A stretch of DNA of 63,487 nt, filler included, from Octopus bimaculoides (lineage: Eukaryota): NCBI RefSeq assembly GCF_001194135.2. It is 4 parts of 4 records of this genome, joined end to end, with 100 filler letters (N's around TTAATTAATTAA, not from the genome) between each part and the next. Parts side by side here need not be neighbours in the genome. Positions count along the whole stretch, not along the records: positions 47,286 to 61,064 come from NC_068991.1; positions 61,165 to 63,487 come from NC_069002.1; 2 more parts are not named here. The stretch is one strand, 5' to 3'. The notes under the pieces are model-generated. The model was given only the letters and a program-made list of their open reading frames with translations. It had not been told where the DNA came from and did no database searches. How positions within the stretch are numbered: the stretch's first letter is position 1; the number at the start of each line of letters is the position of its first letter. Shown piece after piece: positions 50,664-63,455 of the stretch. A program made the position numbers and the translations under genes.

Positions 50664-52106
50664 ACTAGCTGAATTACCCAATAATACCTGAAAAAGTGGG
50701 GGTTATCCATTACACTGTTTCATGTTCTATCCCATTCCCTTTTCAGTTCCCGTTTAAATTACAAATAGATTTACAAATACATGGTGACGTGGGATAGATT
50801 TACAAACAGATTTACAAATACTGGCAAATAATACAGTTGAAACATAAAATTGATTGATTGTAACGGTAAGATTATATCAAAGTTGAATTGCTGGATGGTT
50901 GGAAGGATGAGAAGATTGACGATGTGCAACTATGAAACAATTGATTAATGGTTGATTATTATCAATTCTGAGGGTCTCCTCTGTTGCTGTGACATTTTGA
51001 AATTTTTAAAAAATTGTGTCAAGATTTTCAAATTTGGTATATTGAAATGATTTTCCATGTTAAATCCAATTTTGTTATTTATTTGTTCCAGAAAAATTGA
51101 AGTAAAATTTTACTGGGGTTTAAAGTTTAATCAATTTTACCTAATCAGAAAACAGGATTCAGAAGCTGGCAATTTCTGCATGATAGTTGTCTATCTCAAA
51201 ATGAAAGCAAAATCATTTGGAGGAGGAATTTTTATTAAACAAACAAAAGCAAAGCATTACTATGACCAAAGTTGTAAGAACTTCTGAAGATTTAATAAGT
51301 TTTAATGAATTAGGTCATGCGAAATGGTCAAACAAACATGTAGATAATTTAAAAAGGGAAAAGATTGTCAAGGAATTTTTTTTGTGGAAAATGGCCCAAA
51401 TCTGTCCTGATCAAGAGGCTTATCTGTTAGGGAAGTTATGGTCTGACATGGAATAAACAAAAATTTATATAAGACAGTCTATTGTAATAATTGCCCGACA
51501 ATGACAAGCTATTCATCTATGGGAGAAAATGAAAGACATTGTTTCAGTACATTGATAAAGTTTTAAGAAATCATAATATGGTGATTTGAAAACAAATACA
51601 AAAACTCTATATTGTTCATTTGTTAGTTTTATCTCTCTTGTTGGACATATTGTAAAAGTTTTGACTGAGCATACGATAGTTAATTCACTAAAGCATATGT
51701 GCTAAATGATAGGAAAATATTAGAGAACAAAGCATTAAAATTTGCTGTTCCCTTCACTAAACATATTCTCTCTCCCGTTCTATCCCTGTCTCTCGTTTTC
51801 TCTCTCTGTTTCTCACATTCCCTGTCTCTCTGTCTCTTCCTGTCTCCTCCCCTTCCTTGATATTAGCCACCCTCATTATGCTATCATGTTTCCCTCAACC
51901 AAACACTCATTGCACCCTTCTCATTTTATCATATTATAGCTCAAACCCTGTATGGAGCCCATTATCGTTTTTTATTGAAATCTAATTAGCCTATAATTGA
52001 ACTGGATGTTAGTTTAACATGTATGCAAAGTTTTGTGAAGATTGGTTTGTTGGTATAGGCAGCAGGATGATAACAGACAGACAGAAATTACCATTTAAAT
52101 ATAAGA
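50664..52106 (+). mobile_element. Possible non-autonomous Helitron/Helentron-type (Lep1/DINE-1-like) element
   Basis: Start T|ACTAGCTGAATTACCC; end GCAAAGTTTTGTGAAGATTGG...ACAGACAGACAGAAATTACCATTTAAATATA resembles such ends. That both ends belong to one element is inferred. Confidence 0.4.
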
Positions 52107-52234
52107 TATATATATATATATATACACACATACATATAAAGACATATATATATATAAAGAGAGAGAAAGATAAATATATAAATATATATATACATACATA
52201 TATATGCACACTCATATACATTATATATATATAT

Positions 52235-52402
52235 TCTTTCATTCTTTTATTTGTTTCAGTCATTTGACTGCAGCCATGCTGGAGCACTGCTTTTAGTCAA
52301 GTAAATCGACCCCAGGACTTATTCACTGTAAGACTAGTACTTATTCTGTTGGTCTCTTGGCCAAACAGCTAAGTTATAAGGACATAAACACACCAGCATC
52401 AG
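52235..52402 (-). mobile_element. SINE family B tail
   Basis: CATTTGACTGCAGCCATGCTGGAGCAC...AAATCGACCCCAGGACTTATTC...AAACACACCAGCATC. Confidence 0.88.
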
Positions 52403-52911
52403 TTGGCCAAATTTGCTGACTTTTCCAATGGCACGCAGGTGTTGATGAATGGTTGAATGACCAAATCCAAGCTTCTCTGCTAGTTCCTCAACAGTTACAA
52501 TGGGATTTCGTTCCACCAGGGTTTGCAGATCTTCCTGGACAAAGCTCGTCTTCTAGGCTGTAGTTTCCAGTCTGGAATTTCTGGAACCATTGTTGACAGT
52601 GGCTTATGTTTATTGTCTGATCCCCCATATACTGCATTAATATTCCTTGCATTTTCCATTGCATTGTTGCTTTTATTGAACTCATAAAACAAAATATGCC
52701 AAATATGCTCCTTTGTCACTTCAATTATAGCTTTGAAAGAATAACTATTAAAATCGAACTGCACTCTTCAGAACTTGCACTAAGATTAAGTACAAGGTAA
52801 AATTACTACCTGCTTTTATAGCGAGTTGATGCAGGTAGTTTATCCCATCCCCTTCGAACTTTTAGTTCATGCAATTGAAAAAAAACTGCATTATTTATGG
52901 GATGACCCAAT
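52403..52911 (-). mobile_element. mariner 5' half (same family as 25238-26344) with intact 5' TIR
   Basis: TIR ATTGGGTCATCCCATAAATAATGC on minus; IEVTKEHIWHILFYEFNK, QQWFQKFQTGNYSLEDE, NPIVTVEELAEKLGFGHSTIHQHLRAIGKVSKFGQ. Confidence 0.93.
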
Positions 52912-53837
52912 CGATGGGACCTTTGTAGCTGATATGCCTTTGATCATATGATTGGTCAATCAAGGTTGCCTCAGAGCCAAACAACAACAACAACAAATCT
53001 GAGCTATCACAATCGAATTTCTGTAATGATGGCAGTTTCTTCATGTCCAAAGAACATGAAGAAGAGAGGCACATCTTCAAGTGGTTATGTAAACTGATCC
53101 ATCAATGCGGGGCTCTTATTCCTGCTTGCACTTTGTAGTTTTAAACAGAGAATCAATCCATGCAATCTGATCCAGACTTGGAGGGCTGACCACAGTGTCT
53201 CCCGTGAGCTAAGACTGCTGCAGTGACCAACAAGTTGCAGGTTTTATATCAAAATGGGCCTCCTCGTAGCTGAAGGAGCACTCCACCTACTCAAGTAAGC
53301 TACTGTAATACAGGAGTCGACAGACCTAACTCCGGTTCACTCAGACTGAATCATTGTTTAATGTCTGACACATTATTGCTGAACAAACAAGATGGTGAGA
53401 TTGTTCACTATTTGTTTGTTCAGCACTATCACTAGATCTTTACTTCAAAACTTACATGATCTTTGCATCAGGATTTGCAGGATATTAACCCCAGAGACCA
53501 ATTCATGCATCTAGCAACTGAAAGAGAAGCTACTTAGTTTGACAGGATTATCTGATAAACGGTGCTACCAATAGTTGGTCAGTGAAAAATTCTTTGTGAT
53601 AGGAAAAGATCTTATATCTATTAAATAATGCAACAGCTCTTTGGATCAGATTCAATTGTTTGGAAATTACCAAGAGAAATGTTCCTAGAATATCTCTCAG
53701 ACCATCCCCTGTTCTCTCCATAATTCTTCTAAAGCTTTGCCACCCTCATTGACAAACTTGTTGAGACACAGGCATCAACAACCACAATTACTGCTGTCAA
53801 GATTGAAAAATGGATATCGAAACAGAAGTGATGATGG

Positions 53838-53917
<80 letters not shown>

Positions 53918-54129
53918 GTGATGATGACGATGATAACAAAGACAATTGGTAGTAGTGATGATGATGGTGATGATGATGATGCTGATGATGAAGAGGTGGA
54001 GGAGATCTATGTGCAAGACTTTGTTACTTGACTTATCTATCTCGTCTGACATATGTAGCAATATGTAAAACATATCATTGACATTTTAACTGCCACACAA
54101 TTTATAGAAGATAGGTTGTCTTTGCGTGA

Positions 54130-54165
<36 letters not shown>

Positions 54166-54679
54166 ATGTGTGTGCGCGTGTGCATGTGTGTGTGTGTGTG
54201 CATGTGTGTGTGTGNNNNNNNNNNNNNNNNNNNNNNNNNNNNNNNNNNNNNNNNNNNNNNNNNNNNNNNNNNNNNNNNNNNNNNNNNNNNNNNNNNNNNN
54301 NNNNNNNNNNNNNNNNNNNNNNNNNNNNNNNNNNNNNNNNNNNNNNNNNNNNNNNNNNNNNNNNNNNNNNNNNNNNNNNNNNNNNNNNNNNNNNNNNNNN
54401 NNNNNNNNNNNNNNNNNNNNNNNNNNNNNNNNNNNNNNNNNNNNNNNNNNNNNNNNNNNNNNNNNNNNNNNNNNNNNNNNNNNNNNNNNNNNNNNNNNNN
54501 NNNNNNNNNNNNAAAAAAACACAACAAAAACATGCTGTAATGTCAGCAGCTATGCACACCATGACATCCCAACCCCTCAGCTTCAGTGGTTTCAAAAAAA
54601 AAAAAGAAAAGAAAAATACGAAAGCAAACACCATCCCCTCAAAAAATGGTAAGTTGATAGAGTACATAACATATTTTAA

Positions 54680-54735
<56 letters not shown>

Positions 54736-54752
54736 TGATGATGATGATGATG

Positions 54753-54787
<35 letters not shown>

Positions 54788-54790
<3 letters not shown>

Positions 54791-55172
54791 GGTCTTGAAA
54801 TAGAAATTGGCAAAACATGGAACCACAAGACTAAAACAATACCTGTTGTCGTAGGTGCCCTAGGAATGATAGGATAGCAAAAGGGGGTGATTGCTACCAG
54901 GAGACCCCAAAATGGCAGAAATTCAAAAGATAGTGCTCATGGGAACTGCTCATATCCCATGTAAAATACTGTCTATGTAATCTCAAATTTTAAAACAAAC
55001 TCATAATTTTCTTATGTTTTCTTAAACATTCTTTATAACAATACTATGTAGAAAACCAAATATATGACACCCTAGGCATAAAACCAACATGAACTTCTAA
55101 CTTGTTGTCTCTTGAGGTCTCTGGGTGAGACTTAGAGTCAACTTGTACAAATAAAAAGCAAAAGTCAAACAT
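54788..55172 (+). mobile_element. R4/Dong-type retrotransposon 3' end (RLE C-terminus + 3' UTR) between (AAT)n arrays
   Basis: KGLEIEIGKTWNHKTKTIPVVVGALGMI...EIQKIVLMGTAHIPCKILSM*. Confidence 0.85.
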
Positions 55173-55179
55173 ATAATAA

Positions 55180-55275
<96 letters not shown>

Positions 55276-55289
55276 GAACACTGAGAGAG

Positions 55290-55642
55290 CGGAAACCTCC
55301 ACCAAGGCAACACCAGCATGCTCTCAACAATTAGCTGGAGATGATTTTTGAAATGAGACTAACTGAAATAAACTTGACTACTCTCAAACAAGAATACTAA
55401 AAATGAATCTGACAGCTCTCAAAAATTAAGTAAAAAACAGGAAAAATAATCAAAAATCCTTGTCTGGTACCTGATCAATCCCAAAATCTAATCAGTTTGT
55501 GCCAGTCATGAGGCCAAACATCCTTGAAAGTTTCATCCAAATCCATCCAGCAGGTTTTGAGATATCTTGTCCACGAACAAACAAACAAACAAACAAACAC
55601 AACTGAAAACAATACCTCTGCCTTTGCTAAGGTGGAGGTAAT
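55290..55642 (+). mobile_element. Helentron-associated (HINE/DINE-1-like) short element
   Basis: Subterminal inverted ACCTCCACCAAGG / AAGGTGGAGGT, internal (AAAC)n, TTTCATCCAAATCCATCCAGCAGGTTTTGAGATATC core, and 3' stem-loop CCTCTGCCTT-TGCT-AAGGTGGAGG. Confidence 0.55.
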
Positions 55643-55648
55643 AATAAT

Positions 55649-55712
<64 letters not shown>

Positions 55713-55716
<4 letters not shown>

Positions 55717-56270
55717 GCCCTGATGCAGTACCAGGTAGTGACTTCCTTGGCTTCTCATCTTAACTGATTGGAAGTGTTATCATGTACATTGTTTTCTCTT
55801 GGTATAAAAGATGGGCTACAGCAAATATTCTGCTCAATACCACAGATTTGCTTGTCAGTTGTTTGACCTTAACCAGTTGAGCATGTCCCTAGGCGGCTGA
55901 TGATATGTGCATCTCTGATCATGAGCAGAAGTAGTGGGGGAGCATCATAGCCATGTGTCGAGAGGACTTCTTTGGGGTTTGAATAATTCACCTTTGGAAA
56001 CATGGATGTGTTGCTCAACATCCTTAGACAAACCTTATTCAGGGATCTTTTGAGTGGGATGGGCCACTTGACCTGAAAAAAATTCTGACTGGGCCCCACC
56101 TGCGAGGTCATGCGCTGTTTATATTGATATGAGATCACCATGTCATGCACATATGGTTGTGATGCATGTGCCTGGTGTACCCTTATCAGACGGGTAGTCA
56201 TAATGGGTATACTGGGCTTCGTATATTTTACCCCAGTGTCACTTTGATGGCAAGCACTGCTCTCTCACTC
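55713..56270 (+). mobile_element. Interspersed family F, longest copy (~560 bp), non-coding, (AAT)n on both sides
   Basis: Two other partial copies in the window; no recognisable protein motif. Confidence 0.8.
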
Positions 56271-56296
56271 AATAATAATAATAATAATAATAATAA

Positions 56297-56565
56297 TATG
56301 ATTTAAAGTGGGAAATACGAAGTTGTGGTCAATGAAGAGAGTAGACATGATACCAATAGTAATTGGTGCACTTGGAAGTATCAGCACTCAACTACCAACA
56401 TGGCTGGAAAAGATCGGTGCTAGTGTGAAGGTATAACATCTACAAAAATCAACCTTGCTTGGAACTACAAGAATTCTTTGCAGGGTTCATGAAGTATGAT
56501 CAGTACAAAAGTACCACCTTAGTCTGCTGGCTGTGGACAGCTGACACTTTTCATCATACCCAGCA
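56297..56565 (+). mobile_element. Second-lineage R4/Dong-type 3' end
   Basis: YDLKWEIR (frameshift) LWSMKRVDMIPIVIGALGSISTQLPTWLEKIG...LQKSTLLGTTRILCRVHEV*; begins right after (AAT)n. Confidence 0.85.
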
Positions 56566-56594
56566 TATATATATGTATGTGTGTGTGTGTGTGT

Positions 56595-56812
56595 GTGTGT
56601 CTTTTTTTGTGTGTGTTCCCACTATTGCTTGACAACTGGTGTTGGTGTGTTTACATCTCTGTAACTTAGCAGTTCAGCAAAAGAGACCGATAGAATAAGT
56701 ACCAAACTTAGAAAAAATTTAAATAAGTACTGGGGTCAAATCATTTAACTTTCAAAAGTGGTGCCCCTGCATGGCCACAGTCTAATGAATGAAAAAAGTA
56801 AAATTTTAAAGA
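56595..56812 (+). mobile_element. SINE family B tail after (TG)n
   Basis: TTGCTTGACAACTGGTGTTGGTGTGTTTAC...AAAGAGACCGATAGAATAAGTACC...GCATGGCCACAGTC. Confidence 0.85.
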
Positions 56813-57681
56813 TAAATTGCTTGTTTGTTTATTACTAAATTACACAGTTTGCAATAGAAATTTTTGCACATTTCATAAAAATCATCACTCAAAAATCATC
56901 ACTCAAATTTGTAGAAATTTAGTTATTATTATTCCATGATGCTTTTGTGATAACAGACTTAGTTTCCAGTCCAGAGTTTTTCTGAATGAGTTTCCACGAT
57001 GACAAAACATTGAAGTTCTACATGATGAAGTCTAAGCTAAATAATTGTGTTATATATAATTTTATTTTGTATATATATATATATATATTTAGGGGAAAAT
57101 ATATCAAGATTTCGTTCTGAAATTTGTAGAAATTTAATTAATCTACAAAATAATATGCATCATGTGACAAGAAAATTTTTCTTTTGCATTCTGCCCAGAG
57201 TTAAAATAAAGAAGTCACCTTAATAGCAGAAAATTGGAGATGAAAGCTCAGGTAAATAATTACATTATGTGTAATTTCATTTCGTTTATATATTTAGAAA
57301 CATGTCAGATTTAGTTCTGAAATTTGTAGAAACTATATTCATTCAGCATCTGTGGTTGGTGACAGGAATTGGTAACCAACACTTATGACCGATTTTAACA
57401 TAGTACATCAACCCCTCTCATTGGTTTTAAACATGACTCACACATCCTCTTTCTCTGTCTCTGTCTCTCTCTCTCGCCCTACATACACATACACACACCA
57501 CACACACATACATACATACATATGTACATAGATTTACATAGATATATTGAGTCAACTTTTCCTTGAACAAAGAATCTGTTTGAAATGCCAAGTTCAATGT
57601 ACTCTTTTTGTTGAGTTTACTAAATAGCATAAGTCTTGCTGTTGCAGACCAACACCAGATTCTTTGTAGTTTGTTTGATTA

Positions 57682-57753
<72 letters not shown>

Positions 57754-57943
57754 AATGTATATACATATATGTATATATATATAAATATATACTCATGCTA
57801 GCATGGAAAGCGGACGTTAAACGACGATGATATATTTGTGTGTGTTTGCGTGTATGTGTGTCTGTGTATATGTGTATATGTATATATATATGTGTGTATG
57901 TGTGTATATATGTATATGTATATAGATATGTCTATGTATACAT

Positions 57944-57985
<42 letters not shown>

Positions 57986-58007
57986 ATGTGTGTGTGTGTG
58001 TGTGTGT

Positions 58008-58325
58008 GGTGAAGGTATGTGGCTCAGTGGTTATGGTATTTGGCTCATGATTGTAAGATCAAGAGTTCAATTACTGGCAACGCCTTGTTCCCTTGAGCAA
58101 TTCACTTTATTTCACATTGGTCCAGTCCAATCGGCTGACAAAAATGAGTTGTACATGTAATTCAAAGGGTCAGTCTTGTTGCATTCTGTGTCACACTGAA
58201 TCTTCCTAGGACTATATTATGGGTACATGTGTCTGTGGAGTGCTCACCCACTTCCATATTAATTTCACAAGCAGGCTACTTTGTGGATCAGATCAACTGG
58301 AAGCCTTATCATTGTAACTGCCAAA
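58008..58325 (+). mobile_element. SINE family C-related copy, degenerate
   Basis: TGGCTCAGTGGTTA head; GGGTACATGTGTCTGTGGAGTGCTCACCCACTTCCATATTAATTTCACAAGCAGGCT body. Confidence 0.75.
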
Positions 58326-58352
58326 ATGCTAGTAGTAGTAGTAGTAGTAGTA

Positions 58353-58393
<41 letters not shown>

Positions 58394-58404
58394 CGAGGTT
58401 GTTG

Positions 58405-58665
58405 CTAGTGCTGCTGGACTGGCTTCTGTGCAGGTGGCATGTAAGAAACACCCTTTTGAGCGTGGCTGTTGCCAATACCGCCTAACTGGCCCTCATGACG
58501 GTAAAAGCACCCACTATACTCTCAGAGTGGTTGGCGTTAGGAAGGGCATCCAGCTGTAGAAACTCTGCCAGATCAGATTGGAGCCTGGTGCAGCCATCTG
58601 GTTTGCCAGTCCTCAGTCAAATCGTCCAACCCATGCTAGCATGGAAAACAGACGTTAAATGATGA
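58405..58665 (+). mobile_element. SINE-like family D
   Basis: Collinear with 47286-47640; a terminal fragment also occurs at 57794-57832. Confidence 0.9.
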
Positions 58666-60074
58666 TATATATATATATGATTTTTTTCTGTATTGCCTTA
58701 TCTTTATTGTTATTTCATATCTTACTAATAATAATTATTCATGCCCCTAATAATTGTATTTAACTATTTATATAGTCAATTCCATCACCTTGAATATAAT
58801 GATAATTCATATTTTGAAATTATTTAGATAATAATAATGTTTATACGATGTTTAGGTATAAAAATATTTTTTAGCTTATCTACTTGTAATTATAACTATA
58901 ATTATGTATTCTAAACAATACTTAATGAATGCATATTAATATTGTTTTTCCATATACTTACAGTGTATGCTTCAATCTATCCCAATCTACAATACTAAGA
59001 TATATTAATCTTAAACTACATTACAGCCTATTCTCTGTTTACTTATATACATGAACCTTTAATCCTTAGTTTAATGTTTTTCATATTTTTCATATTGATA
59101 ACAAACTCTATATTTTCCAAACTCTGACTCTATAAAGGATAAATATATGATTTTCCTTTTCTTATACCAAAACAATCTAATAATTATTTCTTAATATTAT
59201 TATAAATCTCCCTTCCCCTCTTAAAAAACTGTCTTATTAATTTATATTGATTTTATTCTCATTGTCTTCCATACTTTCTATGAATTAAAAAAATTTTTTT
59301 AATTTAACATTGTTCATATTTCTCTTGTTGATATCAATCCCTATATTTCATAAACATTGTCTTTAAATACTTTTATTAAGTTTCAGTTTGTTATTATTAT
59401 TTTTTTCTCTATTTTTACAAACATTTATTTTCTAGATTTTTAGTAATAAATATATCTTTTTTTCTTTTATTATACTAATAATATCTACTAGTTACTTTTT
59501 AATTATTTTACAAAAATTCCCTTCCATTTGTAAGACAATCATATTATTTTACATTAATTTTATCCTTATTGTCTTCCATAATTTTTAACGTTCCATTTAA
59601 ATATTGACTTTGCATTCTTGAAATGTTATGTTGAGATGTTAGTAAACATTTTCCTTCACCTGAGGACGTAGCTTAATTCCTGCATTGTTTTAAAAGATTT
59701 TTTGCATTTTGCATTAATGCAGACATGTAAGTAATTTATTTATTATTAAATATAATAATAGCTGAAAAATTAAAATTAATCAAAGGTCATTTTAAGTATG
59801 TCTACCTGCTGGAAATAACAGTAAAAACTTCATAAATATAATAATATAAACTATCTTCACATGCTTTAAGTTATGAAACAATTTATAATGATATTTGAAT
59901 TTTCTAATTGTTAAGATAAATTTTCATCATACAATTTTTCTGTCATTTATAATTCTTGTGTTTGGTCAAAAGGCTTTACTTAGTGTCTTCATCTGTTGTT
60001 TCAAATTACATTTGTTTACTTTTGTACGTCCATCTTGTATTGTTTTGTTTGCTCAAGCCCTAATGCTATGCAAA

Positions 60075-60288
60075 CTTTTTACTATAGGCACAAGGCCCGA
60101 AATTTTTGTGGAGAGGGGGCTACTTGATTACATCAACCCCAGTGCATAACTGGTACTTATTTCATTGACCCCGGAAGGATGAAAGGCAAAGTCGACCTCA
60201 GTGGAATTTGAACTCAGAACATAAAGACATGAAATGCCTCTAAACATTTGGCCTGGCATGCTAACAATTCTGCCAGCTCACTGCCTTA
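60075..60288 (-). mobile_element. SINE family A, near full length
   Basis: ATAGGCACAAGGCCCGAAATTTT...GGATGAAAGGCAAAGTCGACCTCAGTGGAATTTGAACTCAG...CTGCCAGCTCACTGCCTT. Confidence 0.9.
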
Positions 60289-60325
60289 CACAATAATAAT
60301 AATAATAATAATAACAATTAATAAT

Positions 60326-60503
60326 ACAATGCTTGGTAGAGCTCTTACAGAAAGTTTGTTTCTTAATGACAGCAAGGATTATCAGGAGGGTTCTAAGCAC
60401 TTGAAAAGACAGCTAAAAACTTGTAGATACCTAAGGTTACAGGCAGTAACCCACTACCCACATAAATCCTGTCAAGAATACGACCGAACCTAAACCAAAC
60501 CAA
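60326..60503 (+). mobile_element. Short R4/Dong-type 3' end between (AAT)n arrays
   Basis: LMTARIIRRVLST* resembles the LLGTARILRKVL terminus, followed by a short UTR and (AAT)n. Confidence 0.6.
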
Positions 60504-60735
60504 AATAATAATAATAACAATAATAAATAAATAAATAATATATGAAGATTGACATAACTCTTCATGGACGTGATTACACAATAAGAAGAGCTTGATATGA
60601 TTTGTAATAAATAGAGTTTTACAGTGTTTATTGAATTGAACCTGAGGAAAACAGACATACTATTGCAATATTGTTCAATTTAATAAACAGAATCATTCTC
60701 TATTTATAGCAAATCTCATTGCGATCTCCTTATGT

Positions 60736-60785
<50 letters not shown>

Positions 60786-61245
60786 GTTATTGTTATTATT
60801 TTCATTAGCATCTTTCTTTCAATTCTGTTTCCATTTCTTGCTGGGTGTCTTCCTGACACCTAGGACAGAGAAACGTATTGTATACATTGGAAGGCCATTA
60901 AAACAAGCACACCAGAGTGTTTGTTCATTTACAGAGTCATGTGATAGAGAAAAAGAGGAAGACAGAGAGAAAAAGGAAAAAATTAGAAGAGTAAACAAAT
61001 AAAATAAAGGGGAAAAAGGAAAAAAAAATTACAGTGACAATGCTCTTCTCAATACGTGTGATGTNNNNNNNNNNNNNNNNNNNNNNNNNNNNNNNNNNNN
61101 NNNNNNNNTTAATTAATTAANNNNNNNNNNNNNNNNNNNNNNNNNNNNNNNNNNNNNNNNNNNNATATGTATATATATATATGTGTGTCTGTGTGTGTGT
61201 GTGTGTATGCGTGTGTGTGTGTGTGTGCGCTAATATCGGGTATAG

Positions 61246-61676
61246 CGTCGCTTCGATGGGATTCAAAGTGAGTTATCTCGCCTGGCCATTGTATCACACA
61301 AGTAAAGAATCTCTGGATGTTGAAAGCCAGAACCCTTTTAGACTTGGCGAGTCTTGCACTGCAAAGTACACAAGCTCTCTCTGTCTCTCTCTGCCTGTCT
61401 CTCTGTCTTTCTATCTCTTTCTCTCTCTCTCCTTCTCTCTCTCTCCTTCTCTCTCTCTCTAACTCTCTCTCTCCTTCTCTCTCTGTCACTCTCTCTTTCT
61501 CTTTCTCTCTCACTCTCTCTTCTCTCCCTCCTCTCCCTCTCTCTCTCTTTCTTTCTTGCTTTCTCTCTCTCTTTGTCTCTCTCTCTTTCTATCTCTCTCC
61601 TTCTCTCTCTTTCACTCTCTCTCTCTCTCTCTCTGCCTCTCTATTTTTCTCTCTGTCTCTCTCTGCCTCTCTCTTA

Positions 61677-61740
<64 letters not shown>

Positions 61741-63455
61741 CTCTCGCATCCCCCTCTCTCTCTCGCTCTCACACTTCCTCAATTTTTCCTCTTTCTCTAT
61801 CTTTCTCTTTCGCTCTCTCCCTCTCTCTCTCTTCCTCTCTCTCTCTACCTTTCTCTCTCTATTTCTCTCTCTCTCTCTCTCTATCTATCTCTCTCTATCT
61901 CCGTCTAGGTCTTTCTCTCCCACTTAGTGAAATCCGCAAAAGCTCTCACTGTCTCTATCATTCTCTCTCTCTCTCTTTCTCTCTCTTTTTCTCCCTCTTT
62001 TTTACTCTATTTCTCTTTCTATCACTCTCTCCCTTTCTGCCTCATATATATATATATATATATANNNNNNNNNNNNNNNNNNNNNNNNNNNNNNNNNNNN
62101 NNNNNNNNNNNNNNNNNNNNNNNNNNNNNNNNNNNNNNNNNNNNNNNNNNNNNNNNNNNNNNNNNNNNNNNNNNNNNNNNNNNNNNNNNNNNNNNNNNNN
62201 NNNNNNNNNNNNNNNNNNNNNNNNNNNNNNNNNNNNNNNNNNNNNNNNNNNNNNNNNNNNNNNNNNNNNNNNNNNNNNNNNNNNNNNNNNNNNNNNNNNN
62301 NNNNNNNNNNNNNNNNNNNNNNNNNNNNNNNNNNNNNNNNNNNNNNNNNNNNNNNNNNNNNNNNNNNNNNNNNNNNNNNNNNNNNNNNNNNNNNNNNNNN
62401 NNNNNNNNNNNNNNNNNNNNNNNNNNNNNNNNNNNNNNNNNNNNNNNNNNNNNNNNNNNTGTGTGCTAATATCTACTCATATACGCGGGCATACGCACAC
62501 ATGCAAAGACAAACACACACACACACACAGAATGTACCTATTACCAGACACATAAACTTAAAGCATATGAAATGTACATTTCTCTGTCAGCCTCATAACA
62601 CATTTCTGAAATGCAGTCATTAAAACCAGCTGGTTTAAACCCACGTGGTAGCCATCACCAATCCATGTAACTCTCGTTTCATCCCATCGGGTATTGAGTC
62701 GCTTCGATGGGATTCAAAGAGAGTTATCTCGCCTGGCGATTTTATCACATGCGTAAAGAATCTCTGGATGTTGAAAGCCAGAACCCTTTTAGACTTGGCG
62801 AGTCTTGCACTGCAAAGCACACAAGCTCTCTCTGTCTGACTGTCTATCTGTCTCTCTATCTCTTTATCTTTCTCCCTCTCTTTCTCTTTCCCACTCTTTC
62901 TCTCTCTCTCTTTTTCTCTCTCCCACTCTCTCAATCTCTCTTTCTCTCTTTCTTCCTCTCTCTCTCCCTCTATCTCTCTCTTCCTCTCTCTCTTCCTCAC
63001 TCTCTCTCTCTTCCTCTCCCTCAATCTCATCCTCTCTCTCTTCCTCTCTCTCTCTCTTCATATCTCTCTTCCTCTCTCTCTCTTCCTCTCTCTCTCGTCC
63101 TCCCTCTCTCTCTCTCTATTCTCTCTCTCCCTCTCTTTTTCTCTCTCTCACTCTCTCAATCTATCTTCTTTCCCTCCTCTCCCTCCGTCTCTTTCTTTCT
63201 TGCTTTCTCTCTCTCTCTTTCTCTCTCTCTCCTTCTCTCTCTCTCCTTTTCTGTCTGTCACTCTCTCTTTCTCTTTCTCTTTCTCTCTCTTCTTTCCTTC
63301 ATCTCCCTCTCTCTCTCTTTCTTTCTTGCTTTCTCTCTCTCTTTGTCTCTCTCTCTTTCTAACTCTCTCCTTCTCTCTATTTCTTTCTCTCTCTCTGCCT
63401 CTCTCCTTCTCTCTGTCTCTATCTCTGCCTCTCACTTGCTCTCTCTCTCTCTCTT

